Below are positions 37,536 to 48,057 of a DNA stretch of 64,000 nt, piece after piece. A program made the position numbers and the translations under genes. The DNA comes from Candidatus Latescibacterota bacterium. Lineage in GTDB: Bacteria > Latescibacterota > UBA2968. How positions within the stretch are numbered: the first letter of the stretch is position 1; every line of letters starts with the position of its first letter. The stretch lies in assembly GCA_965208125.1 (NCBI GenBank), contig OZ242320.1, positions 96,001-160,000 of the forward strand. Reading direction: 5' to 3'. The notes beneath the pieces were generated by a model. The model ran no database searches. It worked only from the letters and a program-made list of their open reading frames with translations, and was not told where the DNA came from.

Positions 37536-38741
37536 ATGACACTGACAAATGAACAAAGAGATGATCGAACCTGGATTTTGCTGCTACTCATTGTGGTTAT
37601 GCTGGTGGGCTTTGGCACAGTAATAATGTATAGTGCCAGTTCTGGATTGGCGCAACTGCGATTTGACAACGGCAATTTTTTTCTCAACCGCTGGGCTATT
37701 CGCATGGCCATCAGTTTGGTTGTGATGGTTCTGCTGATTCACATAGACTATCGCGTCTGGCGCAAACAGGCGCGTTTGATGCTGGTGATAGCTTTTGGTT
37801 TTTTGCTCGTGGTGCTCATCCTCAAGCTACTTGGCATTGGCGGAGTGCGAGGTGCGTATCGCTGGATACCGTTGCCGGGGGGGCAATTTCAACCCGCTGA
37901 TATGATGCGCGTAGTTCTGGTACTTTACCTGGCCGATTCCCTGACACGCCGCCAGGATGTAATTGAAAATTTCAAATCGGGCTTTTTACCGCATGCCGTG
38001 GTAATCGGTACGGCAATGGTGATGATCTTGATACAACCCGATTTGGGGACGGCGGTGGCGATTGGGCTAACCTGTGCATTGATGCTCTTTCTGGGCGGTG
38101 TGCGATTGCGACACCTCATGGCGACAGGCGCAGGTCTTTTGCCCGTTCTGTATGTGATTGTTTTTGTTTTTGGGTATCGCCGCGAGCGCGTGATGACATT
38201 TATATTTCCCAGCGACGATGTGCAAAATACGGGCTATCACCTCGCGCAATCCCTTCTCGCCCTAGGCAGTGGTGGATTTTGGGGCACGGGCCTGGGACAG
38301 GGCCAGCAAAAATATTTCTTTTTGCCCGAGCCTCATACCGATTTTGTATTTAGCATTGTGGGCGAAGAGCTCGGTTTGTGGGGCACCATGCTCGTTTTAA
38401 TTTTGTTTTTCATTTTTGGGAGGTGCGGATTTCGCATTGCCCGCACAGCCCCCGACACCTTTGGTTTTTTGCTCGCTTCTGGCATTACCATTACGATTCT
38501 AACTTATGCTCTAATCAACATGGGTGTGGCTACCGGATTGCTGCCTATCACGGGACTTCCCCTTCCCTTTATCAGCTATGGTGGTTCATCCTTAATGTTT
38601 ACACTCTCCGCGACAGGTGTACTCATTGGCATTGGGCGGGCGAGTACTCGAAACAAAACCCGTCACTCACCTGCTGCATCGCAAACCATTCCCCGGCGCG
38701 CGATGTACAGACGACATCATCTCATCACTCCCCGACGTTGA
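37536..38741 (+). CDS. ftsW: SEDS peptidoglycan glycosyltransferase FtsW
   Basis: MYSAS, GAYRWI, QPDLGT, LPEPHTDFVFS..GEELG, LPFISYGGSS. Confidence 0.95.
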   Translation: MTLTNEQRDDRTWILLLLIVVMLVGFGTVIMYSASSGLAQLRFDNGNFFLNRWAIRMAISLVVMVLLIHIDYRVWRKQARLMLVIAFGFLLVVLILKLLGIGGVRGAYRWIPLPGGQFQPADMMRVVLVLYLADSLTRRQDVIENFKSGFLPHAVVIGTAMVMILIQPDLGTAVAIGLTCALMLFLGGVRLRHLMATGAGLLPVLYVIVFVFGYRRERVMTFIFPSDDVQNTGYHLAQSLLALGSGGFWGTGLGQGQQKYFFLPEPHTDFVFSIVGEELGLWGTMLVLILFFIFGRCGFRIARTAPDTFGFLLASGITITILTYALINMGVATGLLPITGLPLPFISYGGSSLMFTLSATGVLIGIGRASTRNKTRHSPAASQTIPRRAMYRRHHLITPRR

Positions 38742-38752
38742 ACGATTTCAAA

Positions 38753-40114
38753 ATGGTCTCATTCGACGCTGGAACCCGGGTGCATTTTATCGGCATTGGC
38801 GGCATAAGCATGAGCGCGCTGGCCGAATTGCTCGCCGCACGAGGATGCCTCATTTCGGGTTCTGACCGGCAGGATTCTCCGCTCATTCGGCGTTTGGTCC
38901 AACTCGGCATTCCCGTGCGAATTGGACATGCACGCGATGCCATTTCTGGAGCCGACTGCGTCGTTTATACATCGGCGACGGATTCTGAGAATCCCGAAAG
39001 AAAAGCCGCGCGTGAAAAAGGCATTCCCCTGTTGCGCCGTGCAGAATTGCTCGGTCAACTTGTGAATCCACATCCCGCGATATGCGTGGCGGGTACGCAC
39101 GGCAAGACCACCACAACAGCAATGATCTCGACCATGCTCATCACCGCAAACCATGACCCAACAGCTCTTGTAGGTGGTGTGATTTCTGGCTGGGAAACCG
39201 CGTTGCACATTGGTAATGGCGCGCTTTGGGTGGTAGAAGCCGACGAATACGATCGCTCTTTTTTGACATTAAAACCCAAAATTGCCGTAGTGACGGCACT
39301 GGAAGCCGATCACCTCGACTGCTATGAAGATATGAACGACATTCGCGCGACTTTTGAACAATTTGTCAATACCCTGCCCGACGATGGCTGTGCTGTGTTG
39401 TGTGCCGACTCCCCCGAGATACGCAGGCTCAATCTCGATGGGCGATATAAAAAAATAACCTGTGGCTTGACAGGCGGCGATATTCGCGCAACGAATATTG
39501 AACAAGACGGTTTTGGGGTGGCCTTTGACGTATTTGAAAAAAATAGACGGTTGGGGCGCACACGTCTTAAAGTGCCGGGCAAACACAATGTGACCAATGC
39601 CCTATCAGCACTTGGGGTTGGCGTGTATGTCGGCCTCAATTGGGTAGAAATTTGCAGTGGTATGGAAGCATTTCGAGGTGTTCATCGCCGGTTTGAAATA
39701 CTCGGCAAAGCACAGGGTATCGCGGTGGTTGATGATTACGCCCATCACCCCACAGAAATTGCCGCCACACTTCAGGCTGCACGGGCGGGATGGTCTGGCC
39801 GTCTTGTGGTCGCTTTTCAACCACATTTGTACACCCGCACGCGAGATTTTGCGCCCGATTTTGCCCAGGTGTTACAACGGGCCGATCGCGTTTGGATCAC
39901 CGATATTTACCCCGCGCGAGAAGACCCCATTGCGGGTGTTGATGGAAAGTGGCTTGCCGATCAGATTCCCGGCGCAAATTACGCACCTGCGTTAAATGAT
40001 CTAAAATCGGCATTGTTAAACGACTTGCACGCTGACGACCTGCTACTGGTTATGGGTGCTGGAGATATTGAAACAATTGCCCGCGATATTTACCAAATCC
40101 TTAGAGAAATATAA
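38753..40114 (+). CDS. murC: UDP-N-acetylmuramate--L-alanine ligase
   Basis: HFIGIGGISMS, GTHGKTTT, EADEYD, DDYAHHPTE, FQPHLYTRT; start ATG 38753 or TTG 38738. Confidence 0.95.
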   Translation: MVSFDAGTRVHFIGIGGISMSALAELLAARGCLISGSDRQDSPLIRRLVQLGIPVRIGHARDAISGADCVVYTSATDSENPERKAAREKGIPLLRRAELLGQLVNPHPAICVAGTHGKTTTTAMISTMLITANHDPTALVGGVISGWETALHIGNGALWVVEADEYDRSFLTLKPKIAVVTALEADHLDCYEDMNDIRATFEQFVNTLPDDGCAVLCADSPEIRRLNLDGRYKKITCGLTGGDIRATNIEQDGFGVAFDVFEKNRRLGRTRLKVPGKHNVTNALSALGVGVYVGLNWVEICSGMEAFRGVHRRFEILGKAQGIAVVDDYAHHPTEIAATLQAARAGWSGRLVVAFQPHLYTRTRDFAPDFAQVLQRADRVWITDIYPAREDPIAGVDGKWLADQIPGANYAPALNDLKSALLNDLHADDLLLVMGAGDIETIARDIYQILREI

Positions 40115-40118
40115 GGCA

Positions 40119-41036
40119 ATGTACGATGCACGACGCGATTTGCTCGCGAGAAAAATTCAACGCCAATGCCGGGGCAAGCTCAAACGCGATGAACCCCTTG
40201 CCAAACACACAACATTTGGGTTGGGCGGCGCAGCAGACCTCTTTTTTTCACCAGCCGATCTCGGTGATCTGGCCATTGCTGTACCCCTGATCAAAGACGC
40301 TGGGCTTCCAATTTTTCCACTGGGCGGAGGAACAAATACGCTCGTGCGCGACAGCGGATTCCGCGGGCTGGTCATTTCACTTACAACGGGCGCGCGACGC
40401 ATTGAGATTGGGGATGACGAAGGTGTCATACAGGCAGGTGCGAGCACTCAGGTGGTATCTCGGCAATGCCAGCGGGCAGGCAAAACAGGATTGGAATTTG
40501 GATGCGGAATTCCCGGCACCATCGGCGGCGCAATATGGGGCAATGCCGGTGCCTGGGGCGGCGAAATGATGGATTGTGTAAACTGGTTGCGCGGTATTGA
40601 TCTCAGAACGAGTCGAGAAATTTACCTCGAGCAATCCGACATTTCTTTTGGATATCGACACACTGACTTGCCCGATGATCTGCTCATTGTCGAAGCTGGA
40701 TTTCGATTTGCAGAAGGCGATCCCAAAACCATTGCCGCCGAGATGGATCGCATGTTAGCAGAGCGCAAGAGCACGCAACCGCTGTCAAACCGCAGTTCAG
40801 GGTGTATTTTTAAGAATCCACCAGGGCATTCTGCGGGAGCACTCATCGACAGTGCCGGATGCAAAGGAATGGCGATAGGAGCAGTGAAAGTCTCAGATGT
40901 ACACGCCAATTTTATGGTCAACCTCGGCGGGCATTCCACCGAAGATGTACTCGCGCTGATCGCACGGGTTCAAAAGCGCGTTTTTCAGGTTCACAAAATT
41001 GAATTGGAGACAGAAGTAGGAATATTAGGTGAATAA
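40119..41036 (+). CDS. murB: UDP-N-acetylmuramate dehydrogenase
   Basis: HTTFGLGG, GGGTN, IPGTIGGA..GNAGA, SGCIFKNP, HANF, LETEV. Confidence 0.95.
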   Translation: MYDARRDLLARKIQRQCRGKLKRDEPLAKHTTFGLGGAADLFFSPADLGDLAIAVPLIKDAGLPIFPLGGGTNTLVRDSGFRGLVISLTTGARRIEIGDDEGVIQAGASTQVVSRQCQRAGKTGLEFGCGIPGTIGGAIWGNAGAWGGEMMDCVNWLRGIDLRTSREIYLEQSDISFGYRHTDLPDDLLIVEAGFRFAEGDPKTIAAEMDRMLAERKSTQPLSNRSSGCIFKNPPGHSAGALIDSAGCKGMAIGAVKVSDVHANFMVNLGGHSTEDVLALIARVQKRVFQVHKIELETEVGILGE

Positions 41037-41059
41037 TGATCTTTTCCCAGGAGGATTTT

Positions 41060-41875
41060 ATGTCGGAATACAAACCAATCTACATATCTCACAGGTCTAA
41101 AAATATACCGGACGCGGTGAACATGACCCTGGAAACAATCCCTACAACGCAGAAGCACCCGCGAAAGCTTGCGCGCTGGGTAATTGTTATGACGCTGATG
41201 AGCCTGCTGGTTGTGGGCATCCAAAATGCCTATTCATCTCTGGCAGATTCAGATTTCTTTCTCATGACACATATCCGAGTCCACGGCAACTCCATGATGT
41301 CTGAAGCTGAGATCGTGACTCTTGCACAATTGCAGGTGGGCACAAATCTTTTTGCCTGTGATATAACTTCTGCAACGGAACGCGTGGCACAACACCCCGT
41401 GGTCAAAAAAGTGTTGCTACATAGAGAACCGCCGGAAACACTGGTCATTAGCATCGAGGAACGCCACCCTGTTGGGCTGTTGAACACGCCCAACGGTTTG
41501 ATGGGGCTGGATGAGTCCGGCAAAATTTTTCCCCTGCCACCTGCTGCGCAGGTGGATTTGCCCATTCTGACAGGTGTTGATTTACAAAGGGATAAGGATG
41601 GCGCCTGGGCAATTGCTCTGGCGGAATTTGTGACGGAATTGCAAATCCACACGCCGGCGTTTTGGCGCGAAATCTCAGAAATTTGCACAGACAATCCCCA
41701 TTCTGCTACGGTTTATCTGGTGGCCGATGATCTGGCCCTCAAAATGCGTTTTGAAAACCCCGAAAAGCAGATTGGGAATTTCCGGGCCTACACCCAGGCC
41801 TCATCTGGACTTGGCACAGACCTCGCGTATATTGACCTGCGCTATCGGGATCAAGTAATCGTGGGAAGGCGGTAG
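41060..41875 (+). CDS. ftsQ: Cell division protein FtsQ/DivIB
   Basis: TM helix, POTRA-like region, IEER, YIDLRY; AGGAGG before ATG 41060. Confidence 0.88.
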   Translation: MSEYKPIYISHRSKNIPDAVNMTLETIPTTQKHPRKLARWVIVMTLMSLLVVGIQNAYSSLADSDFFLMTHIRVHGNSMMSEAEIVTLAQLQVGTNLFACDITSATERVAQHPVVKKVLLHREPPETLVISIEERHPVGLLNTPNGLMGLDESGKIFPLPPAAQVDLPILTGVDLQRDKDGAWAIALAEFVTELQIHTPAFWREISEICTDNPHSATVYLVADDLALKMRFENPEKQIGNFRAYTQASSGLGTDLAYIDLRYRDQVIVGRR

Positions 41876-41903
41876 TAGTTCATTAGTGAAAGGGACCCAC
41901 ACG

Positions 41904-43124
41904 ATGGATCGGATTGTTGGACTCGATATTGGCTCCACCAAGATCTGTGTTGTTGTAGCTGAAGTAGACGACGATGGCACGCTCAAAATCACGGGATTGG
42001 GCAATAGCCCCTCCCAGGGCCTCAAGCGAGGTGTGGTGATCAATGTGGAAAAGACCGTGCAATCTATCCGCACAGCTATAGAAGAAGCTCAGGAAATGTC
42101 GGGCACACGCATCGGTGCTGTTTATGCGGGCATTGCTGGCGATCATATTCGCAGCGTGAATACGCGGGCAGTTGTGGCCGTATCGGGACCGGACAATGAG
42201 ATTACGGCCAATGATGAAGAACGCGCGATTGAAGCGGCTAAAGCAGTATCTATTCCCATGGATAGGGAAATTGTTCACGTGCTACCGCAGTCTTTTGTAG
42301 TTGACGATCAGCCCGGTATTAAAGATCCCATTGGCATGTCGGGCGTGAGACTCGAAGTCGATGTACACATTGTAACCGGCGCTGTGACTTCAGCACAAAA
42401 TATCTGTAAAAGTATCCGACGCGCAGGTGTAGAAGTGGTGGATCTGGTACTTGAACCCATTGCTTCGAGTTACGCGGTATTGACACCTGACGAAGAGGAA
42501 ATGGGCGTAGCATTGGTCGATGTAGGGGGTGGCACGACCGACCTCGCGGTGTTCTACGACGGTGCTATTCGCCATACAGCCGTTGTGGGATTGGGGGGAA
42601 CAAATGTGACAAACGATATGGCTATTGGTTTGCGAACGCCCTGGAAACAAGCCGAAGCCATGAAACGAGAAAACGGCTGTGCATTACAGTCACTGGTCAG
42701 GCCCAACGATATGGTCGATGTGCTGGGTGTTGCCGGACGACCTTCAAGCAAGGTCTCTCGGACGAAAATGGCCGCGATTATTGAGGCGCGTATGGAAGAA
42801 ATTTTTGGACATATAAATCAGGAGATTCGCCGCACCGAGTATGCCGACCTGCTGGGGGCAGGCATCGTGCTCACAGGTGGAGGTTCAATGCTCCAGGGCT
42901 GTGTTGAACTGGCCAAAGAAATTTTTGACTTGCCCGTGACTATTGGCAAACCCCGAGGGATAACGGGGCGGGCCAATGCCGTGAGCGAACCGCTCTATGC
43001 CACCGCTGTTGGACTGGTGCAATTTGGTCTGTTTCACCAAAATGGCAATTTTATATCCGATGACGGCGTTTTTCACAATTCAATTTTTGGTCGTATGAAA
43101 AACTGGATTCGGGATTTTTTTTAA
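41904..43124 (+). CDS. ftsA: Cell division protein FtsA
   Basis: GLDIGSTK, PIGMSGVRLE, DVGGGTTD, LTGGG, C-terminal amphipathic helix. Confidence 0.97.
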   Translation: MDRIVGLDIGSTKICVVVAEVDDDGTLKITGLGNSPSQGLKRGVVINVEKTVQSIRTAIEEAQEMSGTRIGAVYAGIAGDHIRSVNTRAVVAVSGPDNEITANDEERAIEAAKAVSIPMDREIVHVLPQSFVVDDQPGIKDPIGMSGVRLEVDVHIVTGAVTSAQNICKSIRRAGVEVVDLVLEPIASSYAVLTPDEEEMGVALVDVGGGTTDLAVFYDGAIRHTAVVGLGGTNVTNDMAIGLRTPWKQAEAMKRENGCALQSLVRPNDMVDVLGVAGRPSSKVSRTKMAAIIEARMEEIFGHINQEIRRTEYADLLGAGIVLTGGGSMLQGCVELAKEIFDLPVTIGKPRGITGRANAVSEPLYATAVGLVQFGLFHQNGNFISDDGVFHNSIFGRMKNWIRDFF

Positions 43125-43203
43125 GGAGCTTCAATCTCCACTAAATTTGTGTCTAATCGTTAATAGTCAATCAATTTCTAATGTATTTAAACAGGGGGTT
43201 CTC

Positions 43204-44433
43204 ATGGTTACTTTTTCGATTGTTGACGCCGATAGCCAGGCCAAAATCCGAGTCGTAGGTGTCGGAGGGTCAGGTGGCAATGCAATCAATCGCATGATTG
43301 AGTCGGGGTTGCAGGGCGTTGAATTTATTGCCATAAATACCGACGAACAAGATCTCGAACTTTCACAGGCGCCTCATTGTATTCAAATTGGGCGCGATGT
43401 GACAAAAGGGTTGGGCGCGGGTGCCAATCCCGAAATTGGCGCAGAGGCCATTGAAGAAAATCGCGACGATGTCGCCGAAGCATTGGCTGGATCCGATATG
43501 GTTTTTGTAACTGCTGGTATGGGGGGCGGCACGGGCACGGGTGCAGCACCTACCGTCGCCGAAATTGCCCGCGACGCAGGTGCGCTCACTGTGGGCATTG
43601 TGAGCCTGCCTTTCAGAATGGAAGGCATGCCGCGCATGCGCAATGCTCAAGCGGGTATTGATTCCTTGAAAAGATCTTCGGATACGGTGATAATTATTCC
43701 CAATCAGCGGCTTTTAGAAATCAGTTCAGAAGATACAACACTGACAGAGGCGTTTCTCATTGCCGATGATATTTTGTTGCAGGCCACGCGGGGGATTTCC
43801 GATTTGATCACCATACCCGGCGAGGTGAATCTCGACTTTAATGACGTGCGTACGGTAATGCAAGCCGGTGGCGATGCGCTGATGGGTACAGCCGAGGCTT
43901 CGGGCGAAGACCGGGCGATTACAGCAGCTGAAAAAGCATTGAATAGCCCATTGCTCGACAATGTGTCTGTTGCAGGTGCTCAGGGAGTGCTGGTGAATAT
44001 TTCGGCCAGCAGTGAACTGAAGCTGTTTGAAATGGATAAAGCTGTGAATCTCATTACCGATGCCGTGGGCCACGAAGCCAATATTATATGGGGTACGGTA
44101 CTCGATGATAACCTCGGGGACGAAATGCGCGTCACAGTTATTGCCACGGGCTTTAATACTGGCTCTCCGCCGAAGCCAAATGCAAACATTTCTTACTCGA
44201 AATTCACACCTGAACCTCCTGTTAGCACAGATATCCCAGCCTTTATACGCAAAATTGAATCTGAGGATACTGAGCCCATAGCTACAGAGGAAGAAGTCGA
44301 GGAAAAATCCGAGAAAACATTAGAGAAAACATTAGAGGAAAAATCCGAGAAAAAATCCAAAATCGACACCATATCCCTAAACGATCTGCAATACCCCACA
44401 TTTCTTCGCAGACAAAGGCAACAAGAAGGGTGA
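43204..44433 (+). CDS. ftsZ: Cell division protein FtsZ
   Basis: [33 protein letters not shown]-terminal PTFLR. Confidence 0.98.
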   Translation: MVTFSIVDADSQAKIRVVGVGGSGGNAINRMIESGLQGVEFIAINTDEQDLELSQAPHCIQIGRDVTKGLGAGANPEIGAEAIEENRDDVAEALAGSDMVFVTAGMGGGTGTGAAPTVAEIARDAGALTVGIVSLPFRMEGMPRMRNAQAGIDSLKRSSDTVIIIPNQRLLEISSEDTTLTEAFLIADDILLQATRGISDLITIPGEVNLDFNDVRTVMQAGGDALMGTAEASGEDRAITAAEKALNSPLLDNVSVAGAQGVLVNISASSELKLFEMDKAVNLITDAVGHEANIIWGTVLDDNLGDEMRVTVIATGFNTGSPPKPNANISYSKFTPEPPVSTDIPAFIRKIESEDTEPIATEEEVEEKSEKTLEKTLEEKSEKKSKIDTISLNDLQYPTFLRRQRQQEG

Positions 44434-44435
44434 AA

Positions 44436-44487
44436 TAAGACGTGAGACGTAAGACGCAAGACGACGTAAGCCCCCCCTTGCGTCTTA
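44436..44487. repeat. Heptamer tandem repeat with hairpin arm
   Basis: taagacg tgagacg taagacg caagacg; TAAGACGCAAG pairs with CTTGCGTCTTA. Confidence 0.8.
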
Positions 44488-45371
44488 TCCTCCCCCAAAA
44501 ACAGGCATATATCTACGCAATTTCTGCCGTCTTTCTGTGGTCAACGGCGGCCACGGCATTTAAGCTGTCTCTACGCGTTTTAGATCCTATTCAACTTTTG
44601 TTCTACGCTGTACTTGCGTCGTCCATTGTTCTGGGCCTAATTATAGTGGTTCAGGGCAAATGGTCGGCAGTTTTTTTGTGTACACGACGGCAGTATTTGC
44701 AATCCCTTGGATTGGGGTTGCTCAATCCATGTGCCTACTATCTGGTGTTGCTGCGCGCTTATGACCTGCTGCCCGCGCAGGAAGCGCAACCTCTGAATTA
44801 TACCTGGGCAATAGCACTGGCACTGTTGTCCATTCCCCTTTTGAAACAGAAATTGACTTTGTGGGATGTGATTGGCGGGATGGTGAGTTATGCGGGAGTA
44901 TTTGTGATTTCTACTCGGGGCGATATAATGGGATTTCGTTTTTCCAATCCCCTGGGAGTGGGACTGGCCCTTTTCAGCAGCTTTTTGTGGGCGCTGTACT
45001 GGATTTTTAACAAACGGGATACGCGAGACCCGATTGTGGGAATGTTTTTGAATTTTGTTTTTGCATTGCCTTTTGTGCTAACAATCTGCATCGTATTTTC
45101 AGATATGCGGGTCAATATACAGGGGTTGTGTGGCGCTATTTATGTTGGATTATTTGAAATGGGCATCACATTTGTCCTGTGGTTATCTGCTATGAAGCTG
45201 ACTGATCACACCGCGCGAATCGGGAACTTAATTTTTTTATCCCCATTTTTATCTCTCGTCTTTATCCACTTTTTGGTGGGAGAAGAAATATTTCCCTCCA
45301 CTTATGTCGGGTTGACGTTGATCATCGCGGGCTTAGTTGTACAGCAAAGAAAAGCCCAGGGCATTACCTGA
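44442..45371 (+). CDS. DMT/EamA family transporter (start uncertain, possibly TTG 44478)
   Basis: Multiple TM segments; LWSTAATAFK, AQPLNYTW, LIFLSPFLS. Confidence 0.85.
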   Translation: MRRKTQDDVSPPLRLILPQKQAYIYAISAVFLWSTAATAFKLSLRVLDPIQLLFYAVLASSIVLGLIIVVQGKWSAVFLCTRRQYLQSLGLGLLNPCAYYLVLLRAYDLLPAQEAQPLNYTWAIALALLSIPLLKQKLTLWDVIGGMVSYAGVFVISTRGDIMGFRFSNPLGVGLALFSSFLWALYWIFNKRDTRDPIVGMFLNFVFALPFVLTICIVFSDMRVNIQGLCGAIYVGLFEMGITFVLWLSAMKLTDHTARIGNLIFLSPFLSLVFIHFLVGEEIFPSTYVGLTLIIAGLVVQQRKAQGIT

Positions 45372-45392
45372 ACCACTTTACACACTACACAT

Positions 45393-45421
45393 TTGACATT
45401 AGTTTAATCCGATTCTATAAC
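45393..45421 (+). promoter_or_regulatory. Sigma70 promoter of sulfatase
   Basis: TTGACA-N17-TATAAC. Confidence 0.65.
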
Positions 45422-45440
45422 GATTGCTCAAGGAGGGTTT

Positions 45441-46982
45441 ATGTCTGAACGTCCGAATATCCTGATTTTGCACAGTGACGAACACAGTTTTCGTTTTTTG
45501 TCGGCACGCAGCCGTGAGCGGGGTGGTGAACCCTGTCACACGCCCACATTGGACGGTTTGATCGCACAAGGCGTCAATTTTGACGCGGCCTATTGTCAGA
45601 TGCCTCTGTGTACACCAAGCCGTATATCAATGCTGACAGGGCGACACGCACATCGGTGTGGCGCCTGGACCAATGGGTCAATTTTAGATCCCGATTTGCC
45701 AACTTTTGGCAGTCATTTTCAAGCCAATGGGTATGAAACAGCGGTCGTAGGCAAAACGCATTTGGGCGGATCTTTGCAACACGCCGGATTTGGCGTGCGG
45801 CCCTACGGCGACTTCGGTGGTCCCTGTTCCCATCAGCCCGACCCATTGCACAAAACAGGAGATGGTTTGCGGACGCGCACAGTCGATGCGGGAATCAGCG
45901 AAGTACCCGAATCGCTCTTACAAGAAAATATGATCGCGCGCGAGTCGCTCGCGTGGCTGCGCGAACATCGCCATGCCAATCCCGATAAGCCGTGGCTGGT
46001 CTATACATCATTTAGCCGCCCGCACTTCCCACTAACCGCGCCGAAGCGATTTTTCGACCGTTATTATCCCGAAGGGGTAACGCCCCCCTGGGTGCGCCGT
46101 ACCGGCGATAGTGCCGACCATCCGATGACTGTGGGCGCAATCAAGGGATTTCGTACCGAAGAGATTGCCGAAGATGAAATGATGAAAGCGCGCGCAGCTT
46201 ATTTTGCAGCAGTCGATTTTTTGGACGAAATTTTGGGCGATTTTCTCGCCTTACTCGACCGCGATGGATTTTTGGATAACACAGTCATTGTATATACATC
46301 CGATCACGGAGAACTGGTGGGCGAACACGGAATATGGTGGAAAAATACCTGGCACGAAGCCGCCGCCCATGTACCTTTTATCTTTTCCCTTCCCGAACAC
46401 CGCAACGGTAGCTTGGACGCGCGAGAAATACGCACGCCCGTAAGCCTCGCCGATCTCTTTCCCACACTTTGTGGATTGGCGGATCTAAATTGTCCAGAAG
46501 GGGTAGATGGTGTGGATTTGACGGATGTATTAAAAAGAGAAACGAGTTCCGCGCTCAATAACCGCACAGGCGTGATTACCGAATCGCCAAATCCGCGTTG
46601 GGGCAAGGGCACAGAGTTTCGGATGATACGTTCCAGACAGTACAAGTATATCGCATTTCGAGATTGTGAAGACCTCGCCTTTGATATGGAAACCGATCCC
46701 GATGAACAACGCAATTTGTTGAAAGATGATCCCGACAATGCCGACTTAAACGCATTGCGAGAAGCGGTACTGGATGGATTTGACTTTGCCGAAGTAGAAG
46801 CCCTGCGCGAAAAACAAACCGCTGAATTGCGCGCCAAATATCCAGCGCGAGTAAAAATGCAAACCCCCAATCAAATTCTGCGAGGCGACGGCAAATTGGT
46901 CGAAGTCGATACGCCTCTATACGCCCCCAAAGTGATCAGCGATGATCTCGCACGAGACTTTGACGATTATCCCGGTCAGTAG
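45441..46982 (+). CDS. Cys-type sulfatase (choline-sulfatase-like)
   Basis: PNILILHSDEH, CTPSRISMLTG (CxPxR), GKTH, PHFP, SDHG. Confidence 0.92.
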   Translation: MSERPNILILHSDEHSFRFLSARSRERGGEPCHTPTLDGLIAQGVNFDAAYCQMPLCTPSRISMLTGRHAHRCGAWTNGSILDPDLPTFGSHFQANGYETAVVGKTHLGGSLQHAGFGVRPYGDFGGPCSHQPDPLHKTGDGLRTRTVDAGISEVPESLLQENMIARESLAWLREHRHANPDKPWLVYTSFSRPHFPLTAPKRFFDRYYPEGVTPPWVRRTGDSADHPMTVGAIKGFRTEEIAEDEMMKARAAYFAAVDFLDEILGDFLALLDRDGFLDNTVIVYTSDHGELVGEHGIWWKNTWHEAAAHVPFIFSLPEHRNGSLDAREIRTPVSLADLFPTLCGLADLNCPEGVDGVDLTDVLKRETSSALNNRTGVITESPNPRWGKGTEFRMIRSRQYKYIAFRDCEDLAFDMETDPDEQRNLLKDDPDNADLNALREAVLDGFDFAEVEALREKQTAELRAKYPARVKMQTPNQILRGDGKLVEVDTPLYAPKVISDDLARDFDDYPGQ

Positions 46983-46995
46983 AGCAGATAGGATC

Positions 46996-47031
46996 AAAAA
47001 AACCAGACACTGCATTGTGTCTGGTTTTTTT
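46996..47031. terminator. Bidirectional terminator
   Basis: AAAAAAACCAGACAC / GTGTCTGGTTTTTTT. Confidence 0.85.
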
Positions 47032-47037
47032 ATTTTT

Positions 47038-47928
47038 TTACTCCATAACAAGCTCAGATTGAGATTGCCAGAGCACGGTAACCTGCTCGGTAATTGCGCG
47101 AATGAGAGATTCCCCAGCGCGTGATTTGAGGTAGGCAAAATTGAGATCGCAAAAGAAAGATTCTGTTTGCCTTATGGCAATTCGGTCAGACTTTTCTGCA
47201 AGGCATCTTTCAATAACCGACAGGCCAATACCTCCCTTGATCAATTCCAATCGGGTAGCATCGTCGCTAATAGACATGACCTTATTACACGTAAGTCCGC
47301 GTTCGGCAAACATATTGTCTGCGATAGCTTGAAACGGACAGTAATAAGGATCGCATATCCAGGGCAGAGATGCCAGAGCCTCCCAGGTCACACTTTCAAT
47401 CTGATCAGCCCAATACGCGGGACCAGCAATAACGAGTTCGGTCGTCAATAAGCCGTACGTTTCAACTGCATCAGATATGGGATCGCCATAAATGTAGCCA
47501 ACATCTAAAGTGCGATCTTCCAGTGCTTCTGTAATGCGTTGGGTAACTGAAGAAATAAATTCAAATGTAATATGTGGATATTTTGCATTTGTATTTTTAA
47601 CAAGCGTTGAAATTTGAAGCCATTCGGGAGGCATATTAATTCCAAATCGCACACATCCTGAAGGCTGGTCGCAAAATGCCCGGGCGCTAAGTGTAAAATC
47701 CTCTACAGTACAAAGTGCATTTTCAGCTTTTTGTTTGAGAAATTTGCCAGCCCGGGTAAGGTGCATACCCCTCGGTGTGCGAATAAACAATTCGACATTG
47801 AGTTCTTCCTCAAGTGCTTTAATATGTGCACTGACCGAGGAAGGTGAGATGAACAATTTTTGTGCGGCACGGGTGAGGTTTTGCTCGCTGGCAACCGCGA
47901 TAAATGTGCGTAAATGATAAAGTTCCAT
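47038..47928 (-). CDS. LysR family transcriptional regulator
   Basis: N-terminal HTH NLTRAAQKLFISPSSVSAHIKALEEELNVELFIR. Confidence 0.93.
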   Translation of the reverse strand: MELYHLRTFIAVASEQNLTRAAQKLFISPSSVSAHIKALEEELNVELFIRTPRGMHLTRAGKFLKQKAENALCTVEDFTLSARAFCDQPSGCVRFGINMPPEWLQISTLVKNTNAKYPHITFEFISSVTQRITEALEDRTLDVGYIYGDPISDAVETYGLLTTELVIAGPAYWADQIESVTWEALASLPWICDPYYCPFQAIADNMFAERGLTCNKVMSISDDATRLELIKGGIGLSVIERCLAEKSDRIAIRQTESFFCDLNFAYLKSRAGESLIRAITEQVTVLWQSQSELVME

Positions 47929-47933
47929 TTGTG

Positions 47934-47948
47934 TTCAGAATTTCTGAA
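47934..47948. promoter_or_regulatory. Candidate LysR recognition site
   Basis: Perfect inverted repeat TTCAGAA-T-TTCTGAA containing T-N11-A, between divergent lysR and rhodanese. Confidence 0.6.
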
Positions 47949-48057
47949 TGAAGGATTTGGAAAGTGGAAATAGCCGAAAAAATGGATTTTAATTACAATA
48001 TACAAATAACACGATGTGCGCTTTTTAAATTTTTTTACACCTTTCCTGGAGGTTGCA

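Noticed and set aside
38378-38737. 120-aa N-terminal extension of MurC in the ORF track
   Set aside because: It overlaps ftsW in another frame; MurC homology starts near 38753
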